Source: an uncultured Bacteroides sp. (GTDB lineage: Bacteria; Bacteroidota; Bacteroidia; Bacteroidales; Muribaculaceae). Taken from it: a stretch of DNA of 43,676 nucleotides. The stretch is taken from contig CAYUYQ010000002.1 in the NCBI GenBank assembly GCA_964449335.1, positions 1 to 43,676 on the forward strand, read 5' to 3'. Each line of letters begins with the position of its first letter. Within the stretch, counting starts at the first letter, position 1. The notes under the pieces are model-generated. The model was not told the DNA's origin and did not search any database. It worked only from the letters and a program-made list of their open reading frames with translations. The position numbers were made by a program, and so were the translations under genes. Below, piece by piece: positions 17,249-26,585 of this stretch.

Positions 17249-18877
17249 ATGAAAAAACGCATACTTCTTGCGGCTATTGCTCCCCTTCCCCTCTTTTTGG
17301 GAGCACAGACAGCTTATGATGCATATCAGATTTCCCGCTATGATTTACGTGGAACGGCCCGCTACATGTCGATGGGCGGAGCTTTCGGCGCTTTAGGTGG
17401 CGACCTTTCGGTTTTAGGTCAGAATCCCGGCGGTATCGGCGTTTATCGTAAGAGTGAGATAGGTGCCACAATCGACATTGATGCTCGCGGCATGAAAACA
17501 CCCGATGATACGCGCAACCGCACAAACGTATCTATAAACAATTTTGGCTATGTAGGTTCCGCCTATACCGGAAGTGATATTATGCCGATATTCAACTGGG
17601 GATTCTCCTACGGCCGTTCGAACTCGTTCAAACGCAGATATACCGGCAGCGCTTCGATGCAGGGGTCGCTCACGAATCACATTGCCGCATATACCGACGG
17701 ATGTTCGTCGGATCTTTTAGGAGGTGCCACATCCAATGATGTAGTAGATAACTATTTCCAAGGAGGAGGCGCTCCGTGGATGAGTATTCTGGCCTTCAAC
17801 TCCTATATGATTAATCCTACCAACGGAAGTCCCGCGACTCCCTCAACGGCTTATTCTGGTCTTTGGCGCGAAGGCGTGAGCCGCGGCGTGTCGGGCTACG
17901 ATGTCGATGAAAGCGGCTATGTAGACGAATACAACATTGACTTCGGCGGCAATTTCTCCGATGTTGTCTACTGGGGTATCGGCTTCGGTATACAGGATAT
18001 GGATTACCGTCAGAACGTCTATTACACCGAGGATATAACCGGTGGTTACATTACTTCCGATCAGGGCTCAGGTGTTACTGCTACCGATGGTAGTTTCGGA
18101 TTCGGGCTTAACAGCTATAAGCGCATTTCCGGTTCCGGCTTCAATTTCAAAGCAGGTCTGATATTCCGCCCTATCAACGAACTTCGTCTTGGTGTGGCTG
18201 TTCACACACCGACCTACTATAATCTGAGTCAGACATCAGTCGCAGAAGTCGATTATGGCTACGGATATACCTCGGGGCCTGCCGCTCCCGGCTATGCCAA
18301 CACGCCCTACGACGATTATGACTGGAAGCTCCGCACGCCCTGGCGACTGATGCTTTCGGCAGCCGGTGTCATCGGTTCACAGGCAATCGTCAGCGTGGAC
18401 TATGAATATCGTCCTTATCAGAAAATGATAACGAAAAATGACAACGGTCAGAATCAGACGGCTATCAACGACGATATCGAAAGCTATTACAAAGCCGCCA
18501 ATATAATTCGTATCGGTGCTGAATATCGCGTGACCGGCAATTTCAGCGTCCGTGCAGGTTATGCCTATGAATCAACCCCCACCGGAGGAACACCGACCGC
18601 CAATTCAGCTGACTCCTATATGCCTGACTGGACTATGAACCCCGGCGATACGGGCACTATCCCCTCCTACACTATGGATAATTCCGCACAATATATTACC
18701 TGCGGTCTCGGATATCGCTTTCAGAACTTCTATGCTGATTTAGCTTACGTTCATAAGAATCGTAACTCAACATTCTCAGCGTTCACGCCCAGTAACTTCT
18801 CAGGAGCCACTCCCTACGATGCCAAACTGACACAGTCAGACAATTCGTTCGTTATCTCCATGGGCGTAAAATTCTAA
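17249..18877 (+). CDS. OmpP1/FadL-like outer-membrane beta-barrel (often labelled 'hemin receptor')
   Basis: Signal peptide; GTARYMSMGGAFGALGGDLS..NPGG plug motif; alternating beta-strands; C-terminal Phe (MGVKF). Confidence 0.85.
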   Translation: MKKRILLAAIAPLPLFLGAQTAYDAYQISRYDLRGTARYMSMGGAFGALGGDLSVLGQNPGGIGVYRKSEIGATIDIDARGMKTPDDTRNRTNVSINNFGYVGSAYTGSDIMPIFNWGFSYGRSNSFKRRYTGSASMQGSLTNHIAAYTDGCSSDLLGGATSNDVVDNYFQGGGAPWMSILAFNSYMINPTNGSPATPSTAYSGLWREGVSRGVSGYDVDESGYVDEYNIDFGGNFSDVVYWGIGFGIQDMDYRQNVYYTEDITGGYITSDQGSGVTATDGSFGFGLNSYKRISGSGFNFKAGLIFRPINELRLGVAVHTPTYYNLSQTSVAEVDYGYGYTSGPAAPGYANTPYDDYDWKLRTPWRLMLSAAGVIGSQAIVSVDYEYRPYQKMITKNDNGQNQTAINDDIESYYKAANIIRIGAEYRVTGNFSVRAGYAYESTPTGGTPTANSADSYMPDWTMNPGDTGTIPSYTMDNSAQYITCGLGYRFQNFYADLAYVHKNRNSTFSAFTPSNFSGATPYDAKLTQSDNSFVISMGVKF

Positions 18878-18928
18878 TCGAATCAATCCGGCACTCCATA
18901 TTGCCGATTTTCGTAATGTTCTTTTATG

Positions 18929-18967
18929 GCGGTGTGTCAGAATCATCGGATTTTGACACACCGCTTT
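18929..18967 (+). terminator. Stem-loop after the FadL-like gene (terminator or REP-like palindrome)
   Basis: gcggtgtgtcagaatc-atcg-gattttgacacaccgc followed by ttt. Confidence 0.7.
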
Positions 18968-19038
18968 GATTATATCCGGATGTTAGGCGGCTGACTTAGT
19001 CAACGACCCAGACGAGCCATTATGACACACACTCTTTT

Positions 19039-19069
19039 TTTGATGTTTGTGGTTTAATGTTTACCTTTG
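19039..19069 (+). promoter_or_regulatory. Full promoter TTTG-N19-TACCTTTG for the aminotransferase
   Basis: TTTG at 19039-19042 and TACCTTTG at 19062-19069; supports a start at ATG 19117. Confidence 0.72.
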
Positions 19070-19116
19070 TAGACATTATTCTTTCGGGTTGCTCTGACTC
19101 GATTAACATAATTCTT

Positions 19117-20316
19117 ATGCCAAAAATATCAAAGCGCGGCATTGATATGCCCGCCTCCCCGATACGAAAACTTGTGCCGCTGGCCAATGAAGCTAAAGAG
19201 CGGGGCATTAACGTGATTCATCTCAATATCGGTCAGCCTGACCTTCCCACTCCTCCAGAAGGATTAGATGCTCTTAAGCATGTGACCCGTGAGGTGCTTG
19301 AATATAGTCCATCGGAAGGATTGCGCTCGCTCCGCGAAAAGCTCGCCGAGTATTACCATCGTTTCAATATCGACGTGACGGCCGATGATATCATCGTGAC
19401 TACCGGCGGCTCAGAAGCAGTGCTGTTTGCTTTCATGGCCTGTCTTGACCCGGGTGATGAGATTATTGTACCAGAACCCGCCTATGCCAACTACATGGCT
19501 TTCGCGATTTCGGCAGGCGCTAAAATCGTGACTGTCCCCTCGTCAATCGACGAAGGATTCGCCCTGCCTCCTGTCGAAAAGTTTGAGGAGCTAATCACTC
19601 CACGCACAAAAGGCATCCTTATCTGCAATCCCAATAACCCAACCGGATATCTCTATACGCAGAAGGAAATGAATCAGATTCGTGACATCGTCAAAAAGAA
19701 TGATTTGTTTCTCTTCTCCGATGAGGTGTATCGTGAATACACCTACACCGGTGCTCCCTATATCTCGGCATTTCATCTCCCCGGCATCGAGGAGCAAGTG
19801 GTGCTTATTGACTCGGTGTCGAAGCGATATAGTGAGTGCGGCATACGAATCGGCGCAATCATCACAAAGCATAAGGAATTGAAGAAAAATGTGATGAAAT
19901 TCTGCCAGGCACGACTCAGTCCGCCACTGCTCGGCCAGATTGTTGCAGAAGCCTCAATCAGTGCCTCGCCGGAGTATATGCTTATGACCTATAATGAGTA
20001 TGTCGAGCGACGCAAGTTTCTTATTGACGGCCTTAACCGCATTCCGGGTGTTTATTCGCCGATTCCGATGGGCGCCTTCTACACGGTTGTCAGTTTGCCT
20101 GTAGATGATGCTGATAAGTTCTGCGAATGGTGTCTGAAGGAATTTAATTACGAAGGGTCTACCATCTTTATGGCTCCAGCCTCGGGATTCTACACTACTC
20201 CGGGCATGGGTAAAAATGAAGTCCGAATGGCCTACGTAATCAATAAGCAGGAACTTGCTCTTGCATTGAAAGTTCTTGCAGAAGCCTTGAAAGCCTACCC
20301 CGGACGCACAATCTGA
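19117..20316 (+). CDS. PLP-dependent class I/II aminotransferase (aspartate aminotransferase-like)
   Basis: LNIGQPD, TTGGSEA, CNPNNPTG, SDEVYRE and DSVSKRYSECGIRIG (PLP lysine). Confidence 0.92.
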   Translation: MPKISKRGIDMPASPIRKLVPLANEAKERGINVIHLNIGQPDLPTPPEGLDALKHVTREVLEYSPSEGLRSLREKLAEYYHRFNIDVTADDIIVTTGGSEAVLFAFMACLDPGDEIIVPEPAYANYMAFAISAGAKIVTVPSSIDEGFALPPVEKFEELITPRTKGILICNPNNPTGYLYTQKEMNQIRDIVKKNDLFLFSDEVYREYTYTGAPYISAFHLPGIEEQVVLIDSVSKRYSECGIRIGAIITKHKELKKNVMKFCQARLSPPLLGQIVAEASISASPEYMLMTYNEYVERRKFLIDGLNRIPGVYSPIPMGAFYTVVSLPVDDADKFCEWCLKEFNYEGSTIFMAPASGFYTTPGMGKNEVRMAYVINKQELALALKVLAEALKAYPGRTI

Positions 20317-20337
20317 TTTCAATAATTCGCCCGCAAA

Positions 20338-21585
20338 ATGATATTTGAAAGTTTTGTCGCCCTTCGGATGAGCGGACGCACCTCGGGACGCAACGGCGGA
20401 CCGGGAGTCGGCATCGCCATGGTCGGCATTGCACTTTCTTTTGTCATAATGCTGGTGTCAATCAGTATAGTCACCGGTTTTAAGCGTCAGATAACTGAAA
20501 AAATTGTCGGTTTTAACGCTGATTTCAACGTCTATGGATTGGCTACGACTACCGGTAATGGGCAAGAGCCTGACAAGGGTATTAGGCTCACGCCACGGCT
20601 GAAGGCGACAATCGAAGAAGCGACAGGTAGTTCGGAGATTTATCCCGTATTCAATCAGCCTGCGTTACTGAAAACAGATGACAATTTCGCAGGACTGATT
20701 CTGCGTGGTATCGGGAACGGCAAGTCTGCTGATTTCATTTCCTCAGCTCTCGTTGAAGGCTCGATGCCGTCTGATAGCGCCGGACATGAAATAGCCGTTT
20801 CGCGTACGACCGCCACAGCTCTTGAGTTAAGACTTGGCGATAAAGTGTTCTGTCATTTTATTGAAGATAATCGTATTAGGTCGCGCTCCGTTACGATAAG
20901 CGGCATATTTGACACTCATTTCTCGGAGTATGACACCCGTGTGGCCATAGCTCCAATCTCAATGCTTCAGAATCTGAATCGCGTCGGTAGCGATGTCGGG
21001 ACATCGATTGAAATTCATGGCGTACCGCTCGATGAGATTGAGGATAAATCGGTAGAGCTATACAACGGATTGCTTCAACTTTCATCACAGGAAGGTTCTT
21101 CCGTCCTCTATCAAATTGACAATGTGCTCCAGACCGGAGCCATGTATTTCAGTTGGCTTGACTTGCTTGACACAAATGTAGTGGTGATTCTGCTGTTGAT
21201 GGGAGTAGTTTCGGCCTTCACACTTATTTCAGCACTCTTCATCATCATTCTTAGGAATGTCGCGGCCATCGGTTTGCTTAAAGCCTTAGGAGCGACCAAT
21301 ACACAGATTCGGACTATCTTTATTCTTATTGCTCAAAAGGTTGTCGCATTAGGTCTGTTAATAGGCAATATTATCGGTCTGTCAGTTATCTTCTGGCAAC
21401 GCACCACGCATTTTCTTCCACTCGATGCCGAGGCATATTACCTTGATTTCGTCCCGATGGAACTGGAATGGTGGACAGTGCTGACTCTGAATATAGCTGT
21501 CATCCTCATATCGGCAGCGGTTCTTATTCTTCCCTCCCATATTGTGGCGAAACTTTCACCTGGAACAACTCTGGCCTATGAATAA
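20338..21585 (+). CDS. LolC/E-like (FtsX/MacB-type) ABC permease, probable lipoprotein-release subunit
   Basis: One N-terminal TM, a large periplasmic domain and three C-terminal TMs; IGLLKALGATN and YYLDFVP motifs. Confidence 0.85.
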   Translation: MIFESFVALRMSGRTSGRNGGPGVGIAMVGIALSFVIMLVSISIVTGFKRQITEKIVGFNADFNVYGLATTTGNGQEPDKGIRLTPRLKATIEEATGSSEIYPVFNQPALLKTDDNFAGLILRGIGNGKSADFISSALVEGSMPSDSAGHEIAVSRTTATALELRLGDKVFCHFIEDNRIRSRSVTISGIFDTHFSEYDTRVAIAPISMLQNLNRVGSDVGTSIEIHGVPLDEIEDKSVELYNGLLQLSSQEGSSVLYQIDNVLQTGAMYFSWLDLLDTNVVVILLLMGVVSAFTLISALFIIILRNVAAIGLLKALGATNTQIRTIFILIAQKVVALGLLIGNIIGLSVIFWQRTTHFLPLDAEAYYLDFVPMELEWWTVLTLNIAVILISAAVLILPSHIVAKLSPGTTLAYE

Positions 21586-21652
21586 GTGTCGTTTCGACCT
21601 TTTTGGCATTATATTTGTTATCAAAGTAAGGAAACGATTCATATCTTTTCGC

Positions 21653-21660
21653 TAAATTTG
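21653..21660 (+). promoter_or_regulatory. -7 box TAAATTTG for rsfS-ftsH
   Basis: 24 nt upstream of the rsfS ATG. Confidence 0.65.
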
Positions 21661-21684
21661 TAACTTCAAATTACTTTCACCACG

Positions 21685-22059
21685 ATGCTTAAAACATCAA
21701 CACCCAAGTCAAACGAACTCATACAACTAATAATTGACGGTATTCAAGATAAAAAAGGCCGAAAAATCACTCATATCGATTTGAGTGATAACGAATCGGC
21801 TGCTGCGTCTCACTTCATTATCTGCGAAGGCTCAAGCCCGACACAGGTTTCGGCTATAGCCGACAATGTGCGTGAACATCTTCTTGAATCAGCTCGCGTC
21901 AAGCCGTATAATTACGACGGTTATCAGAATTCAAAATGGATTGTAATTGACTACGGCGACACTCTCGTGCATATATTTCTGCCTTCCGAACGTCTTCACT
22001 ACAATCTTGAAGAGCTGTGGAGCGATGCCCCTGTCACCGAGATTCCTGATTTAGACTGA
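21685..22059 (+). CDS. rsfS: Ribosome silencing factor RsfS (Iojap)
   Basis: IQDKKG, FIICEGSSPTQVSAIAD, WIVIDYGD.LVHIF and YNLEELW. Confidence 0.95.
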   Translation: MLKTSTPKSNELIQLIIDGIQDKKGRKITHIDLSDNESAAASHFIICEGSSPTQVSAIADNVREHLLESARVKPYNYDGYQNSKWIVIDYGDTLVHIFLPSERLHYNLEELWSDAPVTEIPDLD

Positions 22060-22120
22060 TTCAAAAGCCGGATTATAATTAAGAAACTATAAACCCAACA
22101 TAAGCCCCCGTTTCATTCCA

Positions 22121-24181
22121 ATGCAAAATATGAAGCCTAAAAAGCCAATGTTCCGGTTCAGTATGTACTGGATGTATGCTATAATTATAGTATTCCTCGT
22201 CGGAGCTCTCTACCTTGATGATAATTCAATGTCAAAAGAGGTTAATTATACCCAGTTCTGCGATATCGTCGAACATGGTGGCGTGAAATCAATAACCGTT
22301 CTTTCTTCCCGCAAGGAAGCAAAAGCAGTGCTCTCCGATTCGATTGCACAGCAGCAGTTTAAGGATTTCACTCCCGGAGAAGGACACGAAGCCTATGTCA
22401 TCACCACAATTCCTGATGTAGGTAAATTCGATGAAAAGACAGAAGCATGGCGCAATCAGGGAGTATTCACCGGTTCGGTTGATTATCAGCGTGGCTCGGA
22501 CTATTCAGCCTATCTGTGGTCTTTTGGTCCGATAGTGCTTCTTATCATTTTCTGGGTTTGGATGATGCGCCGTATGTCGGGTAAAGACGGTGGCGGCGGA
22601 GCCGGAGGCGTTTTCAGTGTAGGCAAATCGAAAGCTAAGATATTCGATAAGGATGGTCCGATTCAGGTCACATTTAAAGATGTAGCCGGACTTTCCGAAG
22701 CTAAAACCGAAATAGAGGAGATTGTAGAGTTTCTTAAGAATCCTCAGCGCTATACCAATCTCGGTGGTAAAATACCGAAAGGTGCGCTGCTCGTTGGCCC
22801 TCCCGGAACCGGTAAGACTCTTCTTGCCAAAGCCGTAGCCGGTGAGGCAAATGTTCCTTTCTTCTCAATGTCAGGCTCTGATTTCGTTGAAATGTTTGTA
22901 GGTGTCGGCGCATCGCGCGTCCGCGACCTCTTCCGTCAGGCAAAAGAAAAGGCTCCTTGCATCGTGTTCATCGATGAGATTGACGCCGTCGGCCGTGCGC
23001 GTGGCAAGAATCCCAATATGGGTGCAAACGACGAACGCGAAAATACGCTCAACCAACTTCTTACCGAAATGGACGGTTTCGGCACCAATTCAGGCGTCAT
23101 AATTCTTGCGGCAACCAACCGCGCGGACATTCTTGACAAAGCACTAATGCGTGCCGGACGTTTCGACCGCCAAATTTATGTCGATCTTCCCGACCTCCCC
23201 GACCGTGTTGCCATTTTTAAAGTTCATCTGGCTAAAATCAAAACAGATGACAGCGTCGATGTTGATTTGCTTGCCCGTCAGACCCCCGGATTCTCCGGCG
23301 CCGATATTGCTAACGTCTGCAATGAAGCAGCGCTTATCGCGGCCCGTCATAATCATGAAAGCGTGAGCCGCCAGGACTTCATTGATGCTGTCGACCGAAT
23401 AATCGGCGGACTTGAGAAGAGGTCAAAAATCACTACCGACGAAGAAAAACAGGCAATAGCCATCCATGAGGCCGGTCATGCCACCGTATCATGGCATCTT
23501 CGCTATGCCAATCCTCTTATTAAGGTAACGATTGTCCCCCGCGGAAAAGCCCTCGGAGCCGCATGGTATCTGCCCGAGGAGCGCCAGATTACTCCCTCGC
23601 AAGCTCTCCTTGATGAAATTTGCTCCACGCTCGGCGGACGTGCAGCCGAAGAACTCTTCCTCGGTCACATTTCTACCGGAGCGGCAAATGACCTTGAGCG
23701 CGTTACAAAACAAGCTTATGCCATGGTGGTTTACTACGGTATGAGTGACCGTCTGCCCAACCTCAGCTATTACGATTCGACCGGTCAGGATTATGGATTC
23801 TCAAAACCTTATTCCGACGAGCGTGCACGAATGATTGACGAGGAGGTTTCACGAATTATCAACGAACAATACGAGCGAGCTAAGAACATTCTGCGCAAGC
23901 ATGCTGAAGGTCATGGTGTTCTGGCGCAGACACTCGTCACCCGCGAAGTAATCTTCACTGAGGATGTTGAGAAGATATTCGGTAAACGTCCGTGGGTGAG
24001 CCGCACCGATGAGATTCTCGCTGCCCGTGAGAACGAAGCTGACGTGACTGATGCTGAAATAATCACCGATACGCCGGCTGACCATCAGAATACTACTCCT
24101 GCGACCGAGCCGGCAAGCGATTCGACCGTCATCTCAGACGAAAACGATACTACTGAAGAAAAAAGCGAATCGGGAAAATAG
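22121..24181 (+). CDS. ftsH: ATP-dependent zinc metalloprotease FtsH
   Basis: Two TMs; [37 protein letters not shown] and the HEAGH Zn motif. Confidence 0.97.
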   Translation: MQNMKPKKPMFRFSMYWMYAIIIVFLVGALYLDDNSMSKEVNYTQFCDIVEHGGVKSITVLSSRKEAKAVLSDSIAQQQFKDFTPGEGHEAYVITTIPDVGKFDEKTEAWRNQGVFTGSVDYQRGSDYSAYLWSFGPIVLLIIFWVWMMRRMSGKDGGGGAGGVFSVGKSKAKIFDKDGPIQVTFKDVAGLSEAKTEIEEIVEFLKNPQRYTNLGGKIPKGALLVGPPGTGKTLLAKAVAGEANVPFFSMSGSDFVEMFVGVGASRVRDLFRQAKEKAPCIVFIDEIDAVGRARGKNPNMGANDERENTLNQLLTEMDGFGTNSGVIILAATNRADILDKALMRAGRFDRQIYVDLPDLPDRVAIFKVHLAKIKTDDSVDVDLLARQTPGFSGADIANVCNEAALIAARHNHESVSRQDFIDAVDRIIGGLEKRSKITTDEEKQAIAIHEAGHATVSWHLRYANPLIKVTIVPRGKALGAAWYLPEERQITPSQALLDEICSTLGGRAAEELFLGHISTGAANDLERVTKQAYAMVVYYGMSDRLPNLSYYDSTGQDYGFSKPYSDERARMIDEEVSRIINEQYERAKNILRKHAEGHGVLAQTLVTREVIFTEDVEKIFGKRPWVSRTDEILAARENEADVTDAEIITDTPADHQNTTPATEPASDSTVISDENDTTEEKSESGK

Positions 24182-24241
24182 TTAAGCATTAACTTAGCTA
24201 CCGGATTCGGATAAATCAGCATCACCCGACAACCAGTAGAG

Positions 24242-25456
24242 ATGCATAGACTTATCAGAGTTCTATTATTGATGGTTGGTATCGTCTCGATGCCGACCAT
24301 CGTGAATAGCGCAAATCTACATTCCCTGCCCGATTCAATCGCATCCCGAAGTGAGTATGTCGATTCGATTGGATTGCTCCGCGGTACACCATCCTGGATT
24401 AAGCGGTATCTCAATTCGCTAATCCGGGGAAATGTCGACCGTTCGCGTGAGAAGCGTTTCGACGTGAGCGTCGGTCTTTCGCCGTCATATACCCGCGAGG
24501 CTTCATTTGGGCTCGGAGCAATGGCATCCGGTCTGTATCGGATTGACCGCAATGATACGATTGTCGGCCCATCGGACGTATTCGCCTCCATCAATGCGTC
24601 GATCAACGGATTCTACGTGTTCACGCTTAAAGGCAACAATCTTTTTACTGATAACCGTTCACGTCTGACCTACAAGGTTGAAATCTATAAAAAGCATCTT
24701 GACTTCTGGGGCATTAATTCAGAGGAAACAGCCAATAATCCGAAGTCGACCTACGACCGCCGACAGATTGATTTCGATATAAAATATGTCTATCGACTGA
24801 CTCATTCATTTTTCGTCGGCGCAAACCTGAAATCGGATTACACGGATGCCCGAAACTTGACACGCCCAGATTTTCTGCTCGGCGAGCGACGCCAATATTA
24901 TGTCACCGGCATAGGAGCATCGATTGAAATCGATTCAAGAGATAATCTCGTGACTCCGACTCGTGGCATCTATCTCTGTTACCGGCCGATGCTCTACCCC
25001 AAATTTCTTGGAAATGCACCTTCTTTTTTCAACAGTCACGAAATAATTGCCGACGCTTATTTCCGCGCTTGGAAGGGAGCCGTCATTGCAACGGATATAC
25101 GCGGGAAATTCAATAGTTCAAAAGCGCCGTGGACCATGAGGGAAATGATTGCATCCGATGGTATACGCATGCGCGGCTATTATATGGGGTCATATATGGA
25201 CAACAGTCAGATTACAGCACAGATAGAAATCCGTCAGCACGTTTACCGACGTCTTGGACTTGCTATGTGGGGAGGTGGAGCGACTCTTTTTTCATCGCTT
25301 AAAGATTTCCGGAGCGAGGAAATAAAACCGGAGTGGATCTATAATTGGGGTATAGGTCTTCGCTTTGAATTCAAGCACAACGTTAATGCCCGTATCGATT
25401 ACGGATTTGGTAAAAACACAGCGGGTCTGGTGTTTGCTATTGGAGAGGCGTTCTGA
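24242..25456 (+). CDS. BamA/TamA (Omp85) family outer-membrane protein, barrel only
   Basis: Signal peptide; DSRDN...PTRG, MRGY (VRGY-like loop), GIGLRF...NARIDYGFG and C-terminal GEAF. Confidence 0.82.
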   Translation: MHRLIRVLLLMVGIVSMPTIVNSANLHSLPDSIASRSEYVDSIGLLRGTPSWIKRYLNSLIRGNVDRSREKRFDVSVGLSPSYTREASFGLGAMASGLYRIDRNDTIVGPSDVFASINASINGFYVFTLKGNNLFTDNRSRLTYKVEIYKKHLDFWGINSEETANNPKSTYDRRQIDFDIKYVYRLTHSFFVGANLKSDYTDARNLTRPDFLLGERRQYYVTGIGASIEIDSRDNLVTPTRGIYLCYRPMLYPKFLGNAPSFFNSHEIIADAYFRAWKGAVIATDIRGKFNSSKAPWTMREMIASDGIRMRGYYMGSYMDNSQITAQIEIRQHVYRRLGLAMWGGGATLFSSLKDFRSEEIKPEWIYNWGIGLRFEFKHNVNARIDYGFGKNTAGLVFAIGEAF

Positions 25457-25532
25457 GCAATACGGCAAATCTACCGTCAGAATCTAACCGAACGACTTAG
25501 CAATGTCATGTCCTTTAGGTAATGATTGTGAT

Positions 25533-25964
25533 TCAATCAATTTTTATTTCGGCCTGGCACATCTCGTCGTACTCCGCCCAATCGGCATCATTTTCGCAGT
25601 AGATGGTCAGAGGTAAAATCGGGAATTCGGCAAGCGCTTCATTGAGTTTCCGTCCGAATATGTTTGTGCTCAGTGAATAGAAAATCCAGTTGCGTTCGCC
25701 ATCGCCCGTATATATACCGGTCAGGACGGCTACCGGGTCTTTTGCAAAACAAGCAACGAGGGCTTCCTGAACGCGCTCCATTTCTTCCGACGTCGCTTTA
25801 TCGGGCATGCCATCAGGCAGAGGCGTGTATTTCCACGTCACTTCTATCCTGATTTTAAACTTCGGATTGCTTCGAAACTTTTCGACGTCCTTACGACCGG
25901 TTACCATAATAAGCTTTCCTGTTTCGCTCTCCGTCGGAGCTGTCCACCATGTTTCCTGACTCAT
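25533..25964 (-). CDS. DUF695-like protein
   Basis: RIEVTWKY...GMPD...TGIYTGDGERNWIFY...DADWAEY pattern; has its own -7 box. Confidence 0.75.
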   Translation of the reverse strand: MSQETWWTAPTESETGKLIMVTGRKDVEKFRSNPKFKIRIEVTWKYTPLPDGMPDKATSEEMERVQEALVACFAKDPVAVLTGIYTGDGERNWIFYSLSTNIFGRKLNEALAEFPILPLTIYCENDADWAEYDEMCQAEIKID

Positions 25965-25989
25965 ATATGTAATTTTTGAAGTTTTAATG

Positions 25990-26039
25990 CAAAGATAGGT
26001 AATATTATTTGCAACTTCGGAGGCGAAGAGCTAAATTTG
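25990..26039. promoter_or_regulatory. Divergent -7 boxes: TATCTTTG (-, 25990-25997) and TAAATTTG (+, 26032-26039)
   Basis: Consensus matches upstream of DUF695 and DUF3127 respectively. Confidence 0.6.
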
Positions 26040-26097
26040 TCACAAGATATGCCCTGTTAGGTATAGCAATGAACTAATAAGTAAACATTATCATATT

Positions 26098-26463
26098 ATG
26101 GAAATTAAAGGCAAAATCATACTTGCTCTTCCCGAAGTATCGGGCGTTTCAAAAGCATCGGGAAATCCCTGGAAAAAAAGAGAGTACGTGCTGGAAACAG
26201 CCGAAACCTATCCTAAAAAGATTCATTTCGATTTCTTCGGAGATCGCGCTGACCAGTATCCTCTTTCCGTTGGCGACGAAGTGACTCTCAGTTTCGATAT
26301 CGAAAGCCGCGAATATCAAGGCCGCTGGTACACCAGCATACGCGGATGGAAAGCCGAAAAAGCCGGTACTCCACAGCCCGGTCCGACCGACAACATGCCT
26401 ATTCCTCCGGTGCCTGATATGACCGGAATGGCTGCTGACCCCGATAGCGACCTGCCGTTCTAA
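26098..26463 (+). CDS. DUF3127 family protein (OB-fold-like, SSB-type acidic tail)
   Basis: MEIKGKI...GNPWKKREYVLET...YPKKI.F.FFGD...SFDIESREYQGRWYTSIRGWK; ends DSDLPF. Confidence 0.88.
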   Translation: MEIKGKIILALPEVSGVSKASGNPWKKREYVLETAETYPKKIHFDFFGDRADQYPLSVGDEVTLSFDIESREYQGRWYTSIRGWKAEKAGTPQPGPTDNMPIPPVPDMTGMAADPDSDLPF

Positions 26464-26480
26464 TTTAGATCAATATTAAG

Positions 26481-26518
26481 AAAGGACTTCGGCCTAATGT
26501 GGCCGCAAGCCCTTTTTT
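26481..26518 (+). terminator. Intrinsic terminator after DUF3127
   Basis: aaaggacttcggcc-taatgt-ggccgcaagccctttttt. Confidence 0.65.
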
Positions 26519-26585
26519 GCTTTTTATAGAATACTTTTCTCTTTCGTAACTGAACTTATCCATAACCATAATATAATACCAGACC

